Part shown: one piece after another, positions 1-15,755 of the stretch | Position numbering within the stretch: the first letter of the stretch is position 1 | Layout: the number at the start of each line of letters is the position of its first letter | The notes under the pieces: generated by a model | Seen by the model: only the letters and a program-made list of their open reading frames with translations | The model's database searches: none | Told to the model about the DNA's origin: nothing | NCBI RefSeq assembly: GCF_009914755.1 | Contig: NC_060938.1 | DNA length: 64,000 nt | Source of the DNA: the human T2T-CHM13v2.0 reference genome, Homo sapiens | Reading direction: 5' to 3' (one strand) | Program-made: the position numbers and the translations under genes

Positions 1-353
<353 letters not shown>

Positions 354-3272
354 CTCCTATAATCTTCCATCCTTAATCCACTAATCCTGCTGGGTAGATA
401 TTTTCATCCCCCATCTTAAGGGTGAGACTCAGAGAGGTCTAGTCCACCAGGGTTCCCCAGGGGACCCCAGCCTGGAGCCTGACCTCTCTGACTCCCTGCC
501 TCACCTCCCCTGTCTTCGGAGCACTCATGGTGTGCAGGCCCAGGGCTGGGCGCTACAGACTCAGAGATGAACCTGACAAAGTCTTTGTGGCTGAGGAGTT
601 CACGGTTTGGTGGTGGAGAGTTACCAATGAGATGGGAAGAAGACAGGAAGAAATTAACCAGAGAGAATCACAGAACAGAACTCAATCACAGCTTTCACAG
701 TTAGTTAGAAACTTAGAGACCAAAGCCTGCTCTCTAATCCAACATCATTTTCGGACTAGAAAGGGGAGTTGGAAAAAATGTCCAAGCCTAGAACCCACTT
801 CTGACCCCTGTGTGTGCTCTCTCTGTTAAGGGGCAATGGTGGGCTCTTTCATCCCTTGAAAAACAAGGAACCAGTGAGGACCAGCTGCCACGCTGCTGCC
901 TCCAGGGCAGCAGAACCCGTCCTCTGGAAAAGCAGAAAACACTGACATGCATGCCAAGGCTGGGAGGGAAAGAGGAGGTGGGGACGGAAGTGCCACCCAT
1001 CTTCTTCCTCCCCTCTCCCTCCCTACCTTCTCCCCCATCCCCAGAGGCCAGGACAATGGGGGATGAGTGGGGGTGGGGGAGGGGGAGAGGCAATGACAAG
1101 AATAAAAGAGTCAGGGGACGGATTGATTGATTGATTTGCCTTCAAGAGCCCAAGGGTAAAATTCCAGTGTGGCAGGAGCCTCATCTCAGGTGTCCCCAAG
1201 CTCCCTCCCCAGCTGTAAGCGACTGCCTGTCATAAAGAAGCCAGGGAAGATGAAGCCCAAACCACGGGACTTCGCAAGCACTGCTCTCTGGCCACACGCA
1301 CTGTTCCTGTAACACCACATCAAGACACAGGGGAGCTTAAAACCCTGACCAGAGGGGTGGCATGGCCAAATACCTTTGCAGCCTGGATCGCCTGCCTGGG
1401 GCAGAGGAATCCTTAAGCATGAATATGGAACAAATGTTCTTATGGCCAAGGATGGAATGTGACAGCACAAAGAAACACTGGGCTGTCACTTCCCTTCCAG
1501 GCTGGCACACCTCTCTGTCCAGGAAGCCAGGGAACACGTGGTTCTATGCAACCCAACAGGAGACTGATGTGGGCTCTGTATAGGAATATAGGAACCCCAG
1601 AGAGGTGGAGCTGCCACTTGCAAACATGTCTCTCTACCAAAGGGGAAAGATCGTGTTCTATGAGAGGCCCTTCTGTCCTGCAGAGTACGGGGTGGGTTTG
1701 GACAGGTAAATATGGGCTGGGGAAGGGTAGATTGCCCTGAGGACCTGCAGGGAGGGTGGGGAAGGAGGAAGAGAAGGGGAAAGACAGAGTCATGAATTTG
1801 TAGAATGGCAGGAAGCCAGGACTCTAGGCTGGCAGGGAGAGACCCAGTGGAAAGTGGCCAGAGGGTTTTATAGGCGGGCACGGCTGGTGGCATTGCTGTA
1901 ATGCACACCTCCACCACCTTCTCCCCAGACCTTCAAGAGAGTGGGCTACACACTCTCAATGTGCAGGGTTGTCCTATTTCTTTTGTTTGTGGAAATGGGA
2001 GAGTCGAGTTCCACGTTGAGCTTGACACAACACTGGTGAGACACGGGGCAGCGAGATAAGCCCTAAATTGGAAGCAGATGCTTGGGGCCACAGGCATCCT
2101 TGGGAACTTAAACCCCCAAGACATCCTGGAAAAAGCCAATCGTATGTAGGTTGCAAGAGTCAGGGAAATCTCTGCTGACTGCAGGCCCACGTCATGAAAG
2201 TCTCTCTATCACACATGCCCACACACCTGGCCACCCCCTAGTGCCAGGTCAGAGTCCCTCTGTGAGTGCCCACTTGCATTGTGCCTATGACTGCCACTGG
2301 GCCACCCACCACACCATGTCATCATGGCCAGTTCACTTCCCTGCCTCCCTGTTCAGTCTCTGGGATCCTCAAGGCCAGGTACTGCATGCTAATCATCTCA
2401 GACACCCCACCACCTCGCTCAAGCCTCAACAAAAATTGGCGTTGGGTGGAAGAGAACTGGATGGACACTTCTGGAGTCTGACATTGTGCCAGGCTCTGAG
2501 GGTACAAGTTGACTAAGACCTGCAGCCTGCTCACAGGGTGCTCAAGGGCTCAGTGAGATGGGTGTTCTAAGAGGCAGTGAGGTCCTCATCCCTGGAGGTA
2601 GGGAGGTGGGCTGGGCCCCAGCTTGGCAGGAAACTGAGAAGGGTGATCAAGCTCCCATGGGTGAGGGTCTAGATGGTTTCAGTGTCCCTCTGGCCCTTGG
2701 ATTCCCTGACTTCTGAGATCTTGGTCCTGTAAGACACTGGCTCCAAAACATTCAGCTGCCTCTCCACAGTCTTCCAGTTGCTAATGAGCAGTCCATGACC
2801 AGAGGGAGGTAAACAAGAGCTGAGTCACCCTGTGGAATCCCCGAGTAGAAGTCACCTCCCTTCTTAATAGCCATTATAAACACATTACCAGCAGCTCTGT
2901 TTATTTGCTGTTTGGAGTTTATGTAGCTGCACGGAATGTAATATGGAGGATGAGCTACAAACATCTGACCACCCCACATTTAGCCATCTTTGTGTCTGGT
3001 CTGTATGTCATTCCACATTCAACATCCTTGTGCTGGCCAAGAAGAAGAGGTGGGCGGGCTACTGCCAGCCCCACCAGGGGAGCCCTCATGGGCCTCACCA
3101 TCAACTAAATGGTGTCCTCATCTCATGGGAAGCTGAAGGACCCTTTGGGCTGAACCCCGGGGAGCCACAGTTTTCAGCACCTGTCTCATGCTGTTTTCTC
3201 TGATCTTCGACTGCCATCAATCCCTCAGCAAGGCTGGGTTCCTCTCTCCTGGCACTACAAAAATAAATCCAT

Positions 3273-3575
3273 GGCCGGGGGCGGTGGCTCATGCCTATAA
3301 TCCCAGCACTTTGGGAGGCCGAGGTAGGTGGATCACCTGAGGTCAGGAGTTCAAGACCAGCCTGACTAACATGGAGAAACCCCATCTCTACTAAAAATAC
3401 AAAATTAGCTGGGCGTGGTGGCGCATGCCTGTAATCCCAGCTATTCTGGAGGCTGAGATGGGAGAATCACTTGAACCAGGAGGCAGAGTTTGCAGTGAGC
3501 CAAGTTCGCATCATTGCACTCCAGCCTGGGCAACAAGAATGAAACTCCATCTCAAAAAAAAAAAAAAAAAAAAAA
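3273..3575 (+). mobile_element. AluS element
   Basis: Full dimeric Alu from GGCCGGG to long poly-A. Confidence 0.95.
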
Positions 3576-3579
3576 GATC

Positions 3580-3861
3580 AGCCAGGCACGGTGGCTCATG
3601 CTCGTAATCCCAGCACTTTGGGAGACCGAGCTAGGTGGATCATGAGGTCAGATCGAGACCATCCTTGTAAAACCCTGTCTCTACTAAAAAATACAAAAAA
3701 TTAGCCAGGTGTGGTGCACGCACCTGTAGTCCCAGCTACTCAGGAGGCTGAGGCAGGAGAATCGCTTGAAACAGGAGGCGGAGGTTGCAGTGAGCCAAGA
3801 TCATGCCACTGCGCTCCAGCCTGGGTGACAGAGCAAGACTCCATCTCAAAAAAAAAAAAAA
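3580..3861 (+). mobile_element. AluS element, head-to-tail with the previous Alu
   Basis: GCCAGGCACGGTGGCTCA...CAAGACTCCATCTC(A)n directly after the first Alu tail. Confidence 0.95.
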
Positions 3862-6800
3862 TCCGTAAATTGCTGGGGACCCATAGCATGTATCAGATGA
3901 ACTTGTTGTTTCTGGTTTTCTCAAAAATTGAGCTTTAAAATTCCATTTCACAGATCAGGAAGCAGAGACCAAGTAGGGTAAAGGATTTTCCTAGGGCCCC
4001 AGTTGGCCACAGGCCATCCCGGCTCTAGGTGGCAGGCTCTTTTCCTGCCACTCTGATCCTTCCAAACCTGTTACCCTTCCAGGGTTCCGAATTTTAGCTG
4101 ATAGCATCAACCTCCACATGGTCTTCATCCCCACTGTATGTGGTAGAATTGGCTTGAACTCCATGCGTCAGAAATCCAGCTCCAGTGGCTTAACCAAGGA
4201 GGGATCTCTGTGTTATGTGGCAAAATATCTGGAGGTAGGCAGTCTGGAGCTTTGCACCTGTGTGAGAAAGCCACTAAGAGCTCAGCTTCCTCATTATATC
4301 CTGTTCCACCCTCCTTACCTCAAAACTCTCTTCCTCATGATCACAAGAGAGATGCTCTACCTCCAGACATTGCAACAACTTTCCAAGCAGGAAGAAAGGT
4401 TTATGTCACCTGAATTTTTCCCTTTTATATAGGAAACAGCAGCTTTGCCTGGTGGATTTCTGTTTACGTTGCATCGTCACAACTGGGCTACTTGACCACC
4501 TTTAATTGCAAGGCACCTAGGAAGGTGAGCAGTAACTAATCACATTGCTTCCCTGAACAAAGCTGAGTTTCTGCTGGGAAGAAAGAGAAGAATGGATATT
4601 GGATCAGCAATCAGCTGCCTGTGCCTGCCACACCCACTTCCTACATTTACCCAGCCTCTGAGTCCCATGCAGTCTAACTACTCAGTTTCTTGAAATCCAC
4701 TTTTCTTTTTCTTGCCAAGATTATGCCCCAGTGCAGCCCCCTCTAACCCTGCTGTCTGCGAGGCACAGTGGGGTGACTGGCTGCTGTCCACTCCCACCCT
4801 GCCACTATCAATCTTTCCAAAGCACAGAGCATGTGGCTTCCCTGTTCTCAAATCCGCAGTTCCTCTCCATTGCTTATTAAAGACATCCAGATTCCTCAAG
4901 CTGACACTGACGTCCCTTTACACTCCAGCCCTAACCTAATTCTTCCCTTGCCTCCTAGAACTCCCGATGTCCAGCCACCCCACTATCTCCCAATCTGTGG
5001 GCAGTGGGTTCTCTCCCAGGCCTCCTAAACTTGGCTTGTGCGGTCTCCCTGTGCTTGACATGGCTTTCTTCGTGCCTATTCTACTCATTGGAAATTATCC
5101 TTTAAGTCTCAGCTCAAATGCCACGTTTCCTGTAACCATTTACTAAGCACCCCAATCAGAATCCACCTCTCCCTCCTCAGCGCTCCCCTTGGATGTACAG
5201 TGTGACATGGAGTCCAGCTGGTTGTTGCAGAGTCTCTGATGGCTAAGGCTGCCCAGCACCGATCTTCTTCCAGTAATAGCCTTTTGGGGATCCGCCCCTT
5301 CCCCATCCTTGGTCCATGGGGTCGTGAGGTTCTGGTGACATCATATGATACATTAACCTGCTTAAACATCTCCTGACCTGGATATATCTCTAGACTTTTC
5401 AGTTACATTAGACTCTATAATTCCTTTTCACTTGAATCCGTTGCTTTTGAATTTTCTTTCAGGTGTGGTCAAAAGTCTTCCCAGAGAGTGCTGAGCATCT
5501 CTTCCTGGCTGGGTTGGAAACTCCTTGATGGACAAGGTCTATAGTTCATTGCACTTTGCTCCCCTTGCCTGGTACAGAACACCTTCCTTGGGAAGGAGGA
5601 GGGATGGGGAAAATGAACTGAGATACTGATGAGATAAGGGATCCACGCCCCCACCCCTGACACCTGTGCGGCTTCATCCTGGAGCCCTCTGGGTCATCAC
5701 CTGTTTCCCGATGCCTTAATTCTGCTGAACCGCATTAGCCATGTGTGTTCTGAGGCCTTTCCCTGACCCCTGGCATTTGTTTAGCAAAGTCACACTCAGT
5801 AATCTGTGCAAAATGAAGTCTCTCTGCTGGCATCTCTGGTTCCAAGCCTTGTTCTGTTTAAGCTGGCAGGGCCTGGCTCATAGTAGGCATTTAACACTGT
5901 CAGTTGTTTTTATTACCAGGCGTTTAATGCATGTTCATTGTATTTATTGTCCAATTCTTTGGGTAAGCTGTTGAGTGAAACACCTGCCGCCTATCAGTGC
6001 TCAGTAGACACCCACTACCGTAATCACAGTGTGGTGTGAACATGTAACAGTGGCTCACCTTCCTTTTACGATCCCAAGTGATCCATAGAGATCCAGTGAG
6101 CCCCCAGCCTCAAGCCACCATCATCTCTCTCCTGAATTGTTGCAAAAAGCTCATGACCATTCTCCACCACCCACCCTTGCCTCCCTGCCATCGGTTATGA
6201 ACACAGCAGCCAGCATGATCTGTTGAAAGGTTAAGTCAGATCTGTTGCTCCTCGGCTCAGAACCCTCCAGGGCTTCCTCCCATCCCACGCAGAGTAAAAG
6301 GCAACATGAATCACTTGGCTGGCCCCCAGGCCCCCCAGATCTGGCCCAGGACCCCTCACCTCTCTCCAGGCTCACTCTGACCCGGCTCCACCGCCTTTCC
6401 TTGGATGCTTAGGATATTCCAGGCTCCTTCCCATCCTACGACCTCCCCAGTTGTGCTTGCTTCTGCAAAGCTGCTCCCCCAGAGAACGGCACACCTTGTC
6501 CGCTTCCCTATCATTTGAGATCCTCTAAAGTGTCATTTCATCTGAAATAGCATGTCCCCCGACCCCCATGCTCCACATTCCCCCTCGTGCTGTCACGTTT
6601 TCCAGCATGCCATGCTCACTGCCTGACATACGGCTTAGCTACATGCTTACTCATTTAGCGTCTGTGTCCAGGGCAAGCACCGTGTCTGTTCACAACTGTA
6701 GCTCCAGGCCAACTGTGCACAACACACAGGAGTGCTTTCATCCTCCAGAAAAGTATCAGCAGAACCCCTCGCCAAAGGGTATAGTTGGTGAAGCCCTTCT

Positions 6801-6945
6801 GGGGCCATTCTGCACTTCCTGTCTGAGAAGAAAGGACGGATAGAAAAGTGGCAACGTTTATTACGCATCTGTTATGTGTCAGGCAAAGGGTTAGGAGTTT
6901 GCCTTCAATGAACACATGGAAGTGGAAAAATAAGTCTTCACCCAC

Positions 6946-7311
6946 TGTCTTTGTCTGTGTGGGCTGCTGTAAAAAAGTACCTTATACTGGGTGGCTTATC
7001 AACAACAGAAGTTTCTCACCTTTCTGGAGCTTGGGAAGTCCAAGATCAAAGCCCCAGCATGGTCGGTGTCTGGTGAGGGCCCTTCCTGGTTCACAGATGG
7101 CAGCTTCTTGCTGAGTCCTCACATGGCAGAAGGGATGAATGAGCTTCCCTTCACCTTTTTAATGAAGGCACTAATCCCATCCATGTGATTCCACCCTCAT
7201 GACCTAATCACCTCCCAAAGGCCCCACTTCCTCACACCATCATTTTGGGGGTTAGGATTTTGACATATGAATTTGGGGAGGTGGGGGGGCAGAAACATTC
7301 AGATCATAGCA
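6946..7311 (-). mobile_element. MaLR solo LTR (MLT1A-like)
   Basis: GGGAAGTCCAAGATCAA, GTGTCTGGTGAGGGCC, CCCTCATGACCTAATCACCTCCCAAAGGCCCCAC, ACATTCAGATCATAGCA. Confidence 0.8.
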
Positions 7312-7668
7312 CCTGCCTATGCTGACCACCGTGAGCCATTATTTAAAGTACCACATTCTCTCCCCTTCCACTTCATCTGCTTGGGTGCCTCTGCTATGTG
7401 GGTGCCTTAGGCCCCCAGCTTCATTGCCTGTTAGACAATCCAATAGTGACTAACTCCACTTTACAGGTGACAAAACTGAGGCACAAAGACGTTCAAAACT
7501 TGCTCCATGATTCAATTCAGGCACATCAAATCCTAGAGCCCCCCGCTAACCATCCAACCCCAGATGGAGCACCTCCTGTGACATCCCAACCTGCCGGTTC
7601 CCATTTCACTCCTGACCCTGCTCTTGAGAGAGCCCTGCCAGGGCTGATGCCTGGCCCAGGAAGACTGA

Positions 7669-8029
<361 letters not shown>

Positions 8030-8599
8030 TTGGGCCCAGCTCTTAAACCTACCACCCCAATGTTGTTCACCTCTCAGCAGCAGACACACCAGAGGCATGG
8101 ATGCATGTTGAATTCTTTGAGTCTGTTTGCTGCTGTTCTCAAGAGCAGCATATTGTCTGCACTGGGCCTCCGCATGGATGATCTGGGTTGTTGATGGGTA
8201 GAGTCCTAAATGTAAAGGTGGGTTAGCATCTCTCAAGGACTTCAGTGTCCTACAACCCCAGGAGACTGGATTTCACAGAAGGCTTTTCCTCCTGCACCAG
8301 GTGGCTGCCTTCTTTTCTCTCTGGTTATGAGGGACATAACCACGGCAAAGTCAAGAGACCTCTGGCAGCCCCTGGGCATTGCCAGCTCCTGTGTCTCTTG
8401 CTGTCCTTCCCTGTCCTGTGCCAGCCCCACTGAAGCTGCATGGGGTCTGCCCTGGCACATCTCTCCTGCACAGCCACAGTCTGTGGACACGCCTGGCTAC
8501 GCTGAAACAGACCCTTCAGTCATGACTTCTTCCACTCATCTCATGGGCTGGTAGCTGCCTCTGAGAACCTGGAGGCCTCAATCTGTCAGGCAAGATACA

Positions 8600-9950
8600 C
8601 TTTCTGAGCCTCCACTATTGCAGGCACCTTCTAGGCACTGGGGACACAGCCATATGGATGGACCTCTGCCCCCAAGGAGCTGATGTCCTAGGGGCAGAGT
8701 GTAAAGATGTAAGATACACATGAGTAAGACAAAGCCAGAAACCAAGGGTGTCTGAGAAGAAGAGCAGGGCTCATGGAGAAAGTGACAGGGCAGCTCTGTA
8801 GAGGTGGCGTCTGTCTGAGTCCTGAATGTCAAGAAGGCAGCAGCACCAAGATCTCAGGAAGAGGCATCCAAATGGAAGGAGGAGATGCGTAGAAGCACAG
8901 AGGGCTTGCAGGGTGTGGAGCCAGGATAAGGTCTGTGTAGCTGCAGCTCAGAGGGAGACCTGGGGACATGAGGGTGCGAGACAGGCAGGGCAGGGGCGCT
9001 GGCCCAATAAAGGGATTGGGATCCCATTGACAGTGTGATGGGACCCACTGGAGGGCATTAGCCGGGGCGTGGCATGATCTGACTTACACCTCAGTGAGAC
9101 CACCCAGCTCTGTGAGGAGAGGGCAGGTGGGACATGGGTCAGCGGCCGCTGCAGGCCCAGGGGAGCTGGTGGCGCCTGGGCTCAGGGGAAAGGTAAGGTG
9201 CTGAGGGGCAGTCACCTCAGGATCAGCTTTAGAGGTAAAGCCATCAGGAGTAACTGCGGGGTTGGTAGTAGGGTCTCAGGAAGAGAGGAATCAAGGGTAA
9301 TGTCTGAGTTTTGACTGAGCCACAAGGCGCGTGGTGATGCAATCTCCTGTCTCAGGGAAGACTGGAGAAGCAGCAGCCTTGGCGGTGCGCTGAGAGTCAG
9401 TTGTTCTACCTTGTCACATTAGTGGGAGGTGTGTGTTATTCATCTAGGAGAAGAGGCCCAGTGCCGGGTAGACAGAAGGGCCTGGGGCTCAGAGGAGTCC
9501 AGGATTCAGAAGGGAATTTTAGAGTCAGCGTATGGCAGATGGCATTTGAGCGGTGGGGCTGCGTGAGCTCCCCTAGAGGTTGTAGACAGAGGGAGGAAGG
9601 CTGAGGCTGGCCCCAGGGCGCTGTACCTTCCAGGGGTCTTCTTGGCGAGAAGGAAGATCCAGCAGAGGAGACAGACAGGCAGCGGCTCGTGAGGCAGGAA
9701 GCCTGGAGAGGGAAGAGCTTCCGGAAAGACAAGGTTGGTCACATCACATGATATAGGAGATTGAGTCAAACGAGGACAGAGAAGTGAACACTCGCTGTGG
9801 CCACATAAGGCATCAGTTACCAGTAGAACCATCTCATGGGGTATGATGGAGACAAGAACCCAGGTAGAGAGGCTCTAGGAGAGGGTGAGAACGTGAGCCA
9901 GCAGCCAACGTGACTCTTCGAGGTGCTGTGAAGGAGGCAGAAAAGGAGGT
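8600..9950. mobile_element. Degraded L2 LINE fragments
   Basis: L2-like phrases (CCACTGGAGGGCATTAGCCGGGGCGTGGCATGATCTGACT, GAAGAGAGGAATCAAGGGTAATGTCTGAGTTTT); boundaries approximate. Confidence 0.5.
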
Positions 9951-10370
9951 GGTGAACAGAAGAAGATGGACAATCCAGGGGTGTTCAAAAGGGGCTGTGC
10001 GGGCTACTTAGGGACGTCTGGCAGGAAGGTGTCATTGATGACAGGGGAAAGAGATGGAAATAAGTAGAGAAACAAAGTCCTGGAGAGGGGGAGAGGGAAA
10101 GGGATCCTGAGCCATGTGCTTAGAAGCAGAGACCCATCTTCCACGTGGAGCATGTGGAGACCAAACATGCTGGCAGGCTGGGACCTGCTGAGCACTTCTC
10201 ATCTGAGTACATAGACTCTCTCTATCAAACATGACAGGAGGCCACTGGCCAAGAGAGAGAGAAGAAAGCACCGTGGAAGATGTAGAGGAAGGAGTGGTGA
10301 ACTAGGAAAGTGAAAGAGTACATTTCTAGGGAAGTGTGATGGATTTAGAGAAAGTGTTCATTGCCCTCTA

Positions 10371-11012
<642 letters not shown>

Positions 11013-12301
11013 TCATGGCTGCCACAAAGTTTGCCCCGGAGATAGAGGCACTAACTCATTGGTGCGCCAGAGCCCCCCATGGGATGAGGCAGAAGCTGGG
11101 CTCCAACCAGACCACCTGCTTAGCTTTTTCCACCTGCTGTATCCTGCTTCCTTTGCCCCCCTTTTCATGGGAGTACTCCCCAGTAAATCATCTGAGCAAG
11201 AATCCAACCTCAGGCTCCGCTTTAAGATCTATGAATTTTCATGTGCCAAGAACCATGATGGGGGTGGTGGTGGAGAAAGAGCCAGTGAATCCAGTACTAA
11301 CAATATCGGTGAGCAAGGAGGGTGATGGGGCAGTCAGGAAATGACAGCTGGCAGGAGTCGGGGTCATGAAGAAGGACCATGCCTGTCAAAGGGGCTTTGA
11401 AAAGGAAGGAGACAGGTAGGGGACTGGCTGGAGGGCAAGGAAGGTATTGGCCCTACTACTTCCAGATCCTGCAATTATGGAGTGTGATAGAAAGAATTAG
11501 CCACGTAAGAAGATTTGGGGGAAAGCAGGACTTTCAACAGACAGCCAAGTTTGGGATGGTATAAGAGGGTGAAATGATCAGAACTCATGATAAACCAAGA
11601 GTTTTGGATGGCTCACAGGAAGGGGTGGATAAGCAAGGAAGGATGGGTGATGGGGTCAGATTAGGAAATATTCAGAGCATCTGTAGGAAGTGGAAAGTCT
11701 CAGATGATTCAGGAGGCTAAGGTTCTGCCAGAAGCTGAGGGGAAGGGACATTTAATTCTTGGTGGATTTGGTCCTGGGGCTGAGCGCTCATACTGACAAG
11801 TGCCCCAGGGCAACAGACTCAGCAGAAGGATGTCCGCCATCATGGATGGGAAGAGCAACTTTCTCAGGCCATTTATCCAGGTTCCTGAAAAACTAATTTA
11901 ACTGGTTTGCATACACAAAACCAAGGGTTTAGTTGGGGTCTCCCTGCCTCTTGGGGATTTGGAGGAATTTCACCCAAACTCCCAACGTGTGGGCACTGAG
12001 CCTCCCAAGGATTCCTCCCCACCCCACCCTCCAACCCTCAAAATGATTTTTCTGGCTGTTTGACAGCTTGAATCTCCAGCGCTGCACTCCTGTATCCCGG
12101 AGGGACTGACTGTTTCCTGGCCTCAGCTCTCTGAACGTGAAGCTCAGGCTTTGCTTCAGCTGCCAAATTTTGTGAGTTGAGCAATTTAAGGCACAGAGGA
12201 GCAGGAGGAAGAGGGGCAGTGTGCGTGCATTGCTCTCTGCCAAGCTGGGGCTCACCGTTCCTCTCTTTTTCTCACCCCACTGACCTCAGCGTGAGTGCAT
12301 G

Positions 12302-12303
<2 letters not shown>

Positions 12304-12332
<29 letters not shown>

Positions 12333-12342
12333 GCTCACACAC
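12304..12342 (+). repeat. (CA)n microsatellite
   Basis: Direct reading. Confidence 0.95.
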
Positions 12343-13693
12343 ATCAGAGTAGTCAGCATCTCCCGTGGTCTGAAGGAGGATGTTTCTGCCCACACGCAGG
12401 CCCTGGGGGCTCAGCTTCCATTCCAGGTGCCTGTCCAGGAATTTATTTCCAAGACATACAATGCTCTTATTGAAAGAAATTTGGAAAGCAGTTTTGTCCC
12501 TCTGCGAAAACAATGTGGTGTCGTGGTCAGGGGTACAAACTCCGGGATCACGCCACAGCAAGGAGCTGAACCTTCCTGAGCCTTGATTTCCTAATCTAGA
12601 CAATGGGGGTGATAATACCACAGTTGACATTTTCCAGCACTTTTCTTGGGCTTGGCACTAGGCCAAGCACTTTATAACCATCATCTTAGTTAATTCCAAC
12701 ATTAGCCTTACGAACTGGGAATTACTCTCACTGATCAAAGGATAAAAATGAAGTTCAATGAGTTTAAATAACTTGCCCACCATCTCCTGGTTTTTAGTTG
12801 GCTGAGCTAGGATTCCATGGCGGGTCTTTTTCACTTTGAAGCCTTTGCTCTTAAACTCTCTGCACCATACAGAGTCAGGAGCCCTCGGAGCACCTGCTGG
12901 CTCTGCCACTAACTTGACCCCCCTCCCCTTGGGCCTCAGTTGCCCAATCTGTAAAATGTAAAAAAGGTCCCTTCCAGCTCTATCTCAATTGAATTTTTGA
13001 AAATGGCAGTCTTGGCCTTGAAAGAGTTAACACAGATGCATGTGAGTCAAAAGTCCCTTCTTACTCTGCTTTGTCCCAAGTTTCCTAAGATAGCTTTGAA
13101 GACCAAAAGTGCATAACGGCTTAAGCTTGAAGGCAGAGTTTAGGAGGAGGTGAGCGTGCAAATAGCCACTGCAGTTCTTCTGGAAGGCCAGTACATTATC
13201 CCTAAATATTGCTTAACTTTTTATAGTGTCCTATTTTATCAGTGATGAGGCTTCCACCATGAAATCACAATATTAGAAACCGACTCAGAGAGCACTTGGG
13301 TTTAACAGAGAAACAGGCAGGGGAGGGGGGTTTCCTGAGGCCGCTCACATGCCAGGCTTCATCACAAGTTCAGTACACGGAGGGGAAGCTCAGGTCCTGA
13401 GAGGGTGGGGCGTACCCTGCTCCACCCACACACAAATCGCGGCAGAGCCAGGACCCTGAGCAGATCTTTGAGCCCAGGGCGTTCCTTCCGAGAGCTCCTC
13501 TGCCAGTGCCTGTCCTTTCTCATCTGTGTTTTTCCAGAATTTCTTAAACAACACTGGGGGATGAGGGGGGCTGCCCAGTGACCAGGGCTCTGGGCCCTAC
13601 CTGGCTTCAACCTGAGCAACTTTGTTTTTATCAATCTAAGATTTTGTTGGAAAAAGGCTTTGGTTGCTTACAAAATTTTTTAAAGTTTATGTT

Positions 13694-13882
13694 CCAGCCT
13701 GGGTAACATGGCCAGACCTCATCTCTACAAATAATTAAAAAAAAAAAAATTAGCCAGGCATGTTGGCTCTTGCCTGTAGTCCCAGATACTAAGGAGACTG
13801 AGGAAAGAGGTCGAGATTGCAGTGAGGTATGATCGCTCCACTGCACTCCAGCCTGGGTGACAGAGCCAGACCCTGTTCCCCT
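13694..13882 (+). mobile_element. Truncated, internally deleted old Alu (AluJ-like)
   Basis: CCAGCCTGGGTAACATGG...TTAGCCAGGCATG...GCACTCCAGCCTGGGTGACAGAG. Confidence 0.85.
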
Positions 13883-15374
13883 GACAAAAGCAGTTTGGAA
13901 ACGCAGCTACACTTTCCACATTCATTTTTTTTCTTGCTCCTAAATTGATTTCAGCAAAAAATGGAAGCTCCCTGACACCAGGAATGCAGAGAAGGGAGAC
14001 ATACAAAGCAGCTCTGCATTTGGGGCAAGGAATTCAATTGCGCTGTAGCGGTGTGAGTGTGTTTGTGTGTGATATGTGTGTGCATGGGTGCACGTGTGCA
14101 TGCCCCACACCCACTCACAGCGAGTCAGGGTGACAGGTTTTGCACAGACATCCTGATCCTTGCTAAGAGGTAACCACAGCTGGCACCCATGGCCTTGTTT
14201 ATGCTCCCAGATGCTGAGCAACACAAATGATAAATCCAAGCAAGTTGTTTGCCTGCAGAGTTCCCGGCCTGCTCCAAAGTTGCAGCTGGGGGAAACCCAC
14301 AGGGCTCTAGACCCACCCGTGCAGGTAGAGCCCTTCCATGTGCTTGAAGATGGCACAGCGGGAAAGTCCCAGCAGCCAGGCCATCTGGTGGCTAAGAAAT
14401 GAAGTTCCAGACAGAGCCCTGGGTTGGACACAGTCTGGTCTCAGATCAGACCTTGGTCTCTAGACCCCTGTCATGTCCTGGGCTTCAGCGGCCTTCCCCA
14501 GATGTCTTCCGGAGCCCTCAACTTCATGTTCACCCAGCTACAACCATCCCTCACCTCAGTGAGCTTCTGACTCTGTTCCAGCGCACACCTAGGCCAACAG
14601 GAAGCCACCCAGACCCCACGGCATGATGTGCGAAGCCCTTCATAGCCTGGGCCCACCAGGAAGGCACTCCATCAATTCACTCCTGACTTTATTCCTGAAT
14701 TCAGGGATACACAAATGCATGATCCAGGATCTGTCTCCCCTCTGCGCCATCCAGAGCCTTGCCAGCACTTGGCAGAAAGGAGGTGGGATCAGAGCTGATG
14801 GAGAATAGAATAAATAAAAGAACCAATGAAATATGCAAGAGTCCACTGAACACTATAAAGAACTGAAATCATAAACGAAAGAAATTATTACTATTAGGAA
14901 GAATGTGATTATCACCTGCCCCACTGGGCAACTTTTTTGGCCCTGTGACAGGGCTTTATGGAAATAAATAATTTAGCTTTAAGAAAATCAGTCAACCAAT
15001 TTTAGAAAGTAATGACACCTGTTTTCTCATTGTAGAAAACTTTGAAAACATGATGACAAGATTAGTCACATATAGTCCAAACAACCAGATATAGCCCAAT
15101 GACACTGGGTGTATTTTCTTCCAGTCTGCTAGGCAAGTGTGTGAATGTAAAAAGTAATGTAAGTGGGATGAAATTGCATACTGTTTTATATCCTGTCATT
15201 TTCAGGTAATATTTTGCTGTTTATACTTTGCTATGTTTTGACCCCTGAAGTCAGGTTCCAGCATCCCCACTTTCTGGCTCTGTGACCTTGGGCCATTCAT
15301 TTCACCTTGCTGAGCCCCTATTTCTCATCTCAGAAATAACCACACTCTTACTGGAGCCAATATCAATTTTCTCC

Positions 15375-15755
15375 TCTTTGTGAACATATTGTTAAACTAT
15401 ATTTCCCAGCCTCCTTTGCAGCTAGATGAGGCCACATGACGCTCTTCTGGCCAATGAGATGTAGGAGGAAGTGATGTATGCCGCTTTTGTGCTTGGCTCA
15501 TAGAATCTCCCACCAATGGTCCTCCAATTTCCCTCCTTACCCTCCAGGGCCCCCATGCTATTGAGTTGCACTAAGGCATTCAGGAAACCATGAGATGGAA
15601 GAGCCACCAGCAGGACCCAGGATGGAACAGATCTGGGTCCCCATGTCAGACCCTGGAGAGGGAGCCAAGTGGCCTATGATGTGAACAAGAAATAAACCCA
15701 TGCTGCTTAAAGGTATCAGGATGTATTTGTTGCTGCAGCCCAGCTTAATCTGACA
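15375..15755 (+). mobile_element. Old MaLR LTR (MLT1H/I/J-like)
   Basis: ATTTCCCAGCCTCCTTTGCAGCTAGATGAGGCCACATGAC...TTCTGGCCAATGAGATGTAGG...TTTGTTGCTGCAGC. Confidence 0.6.
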
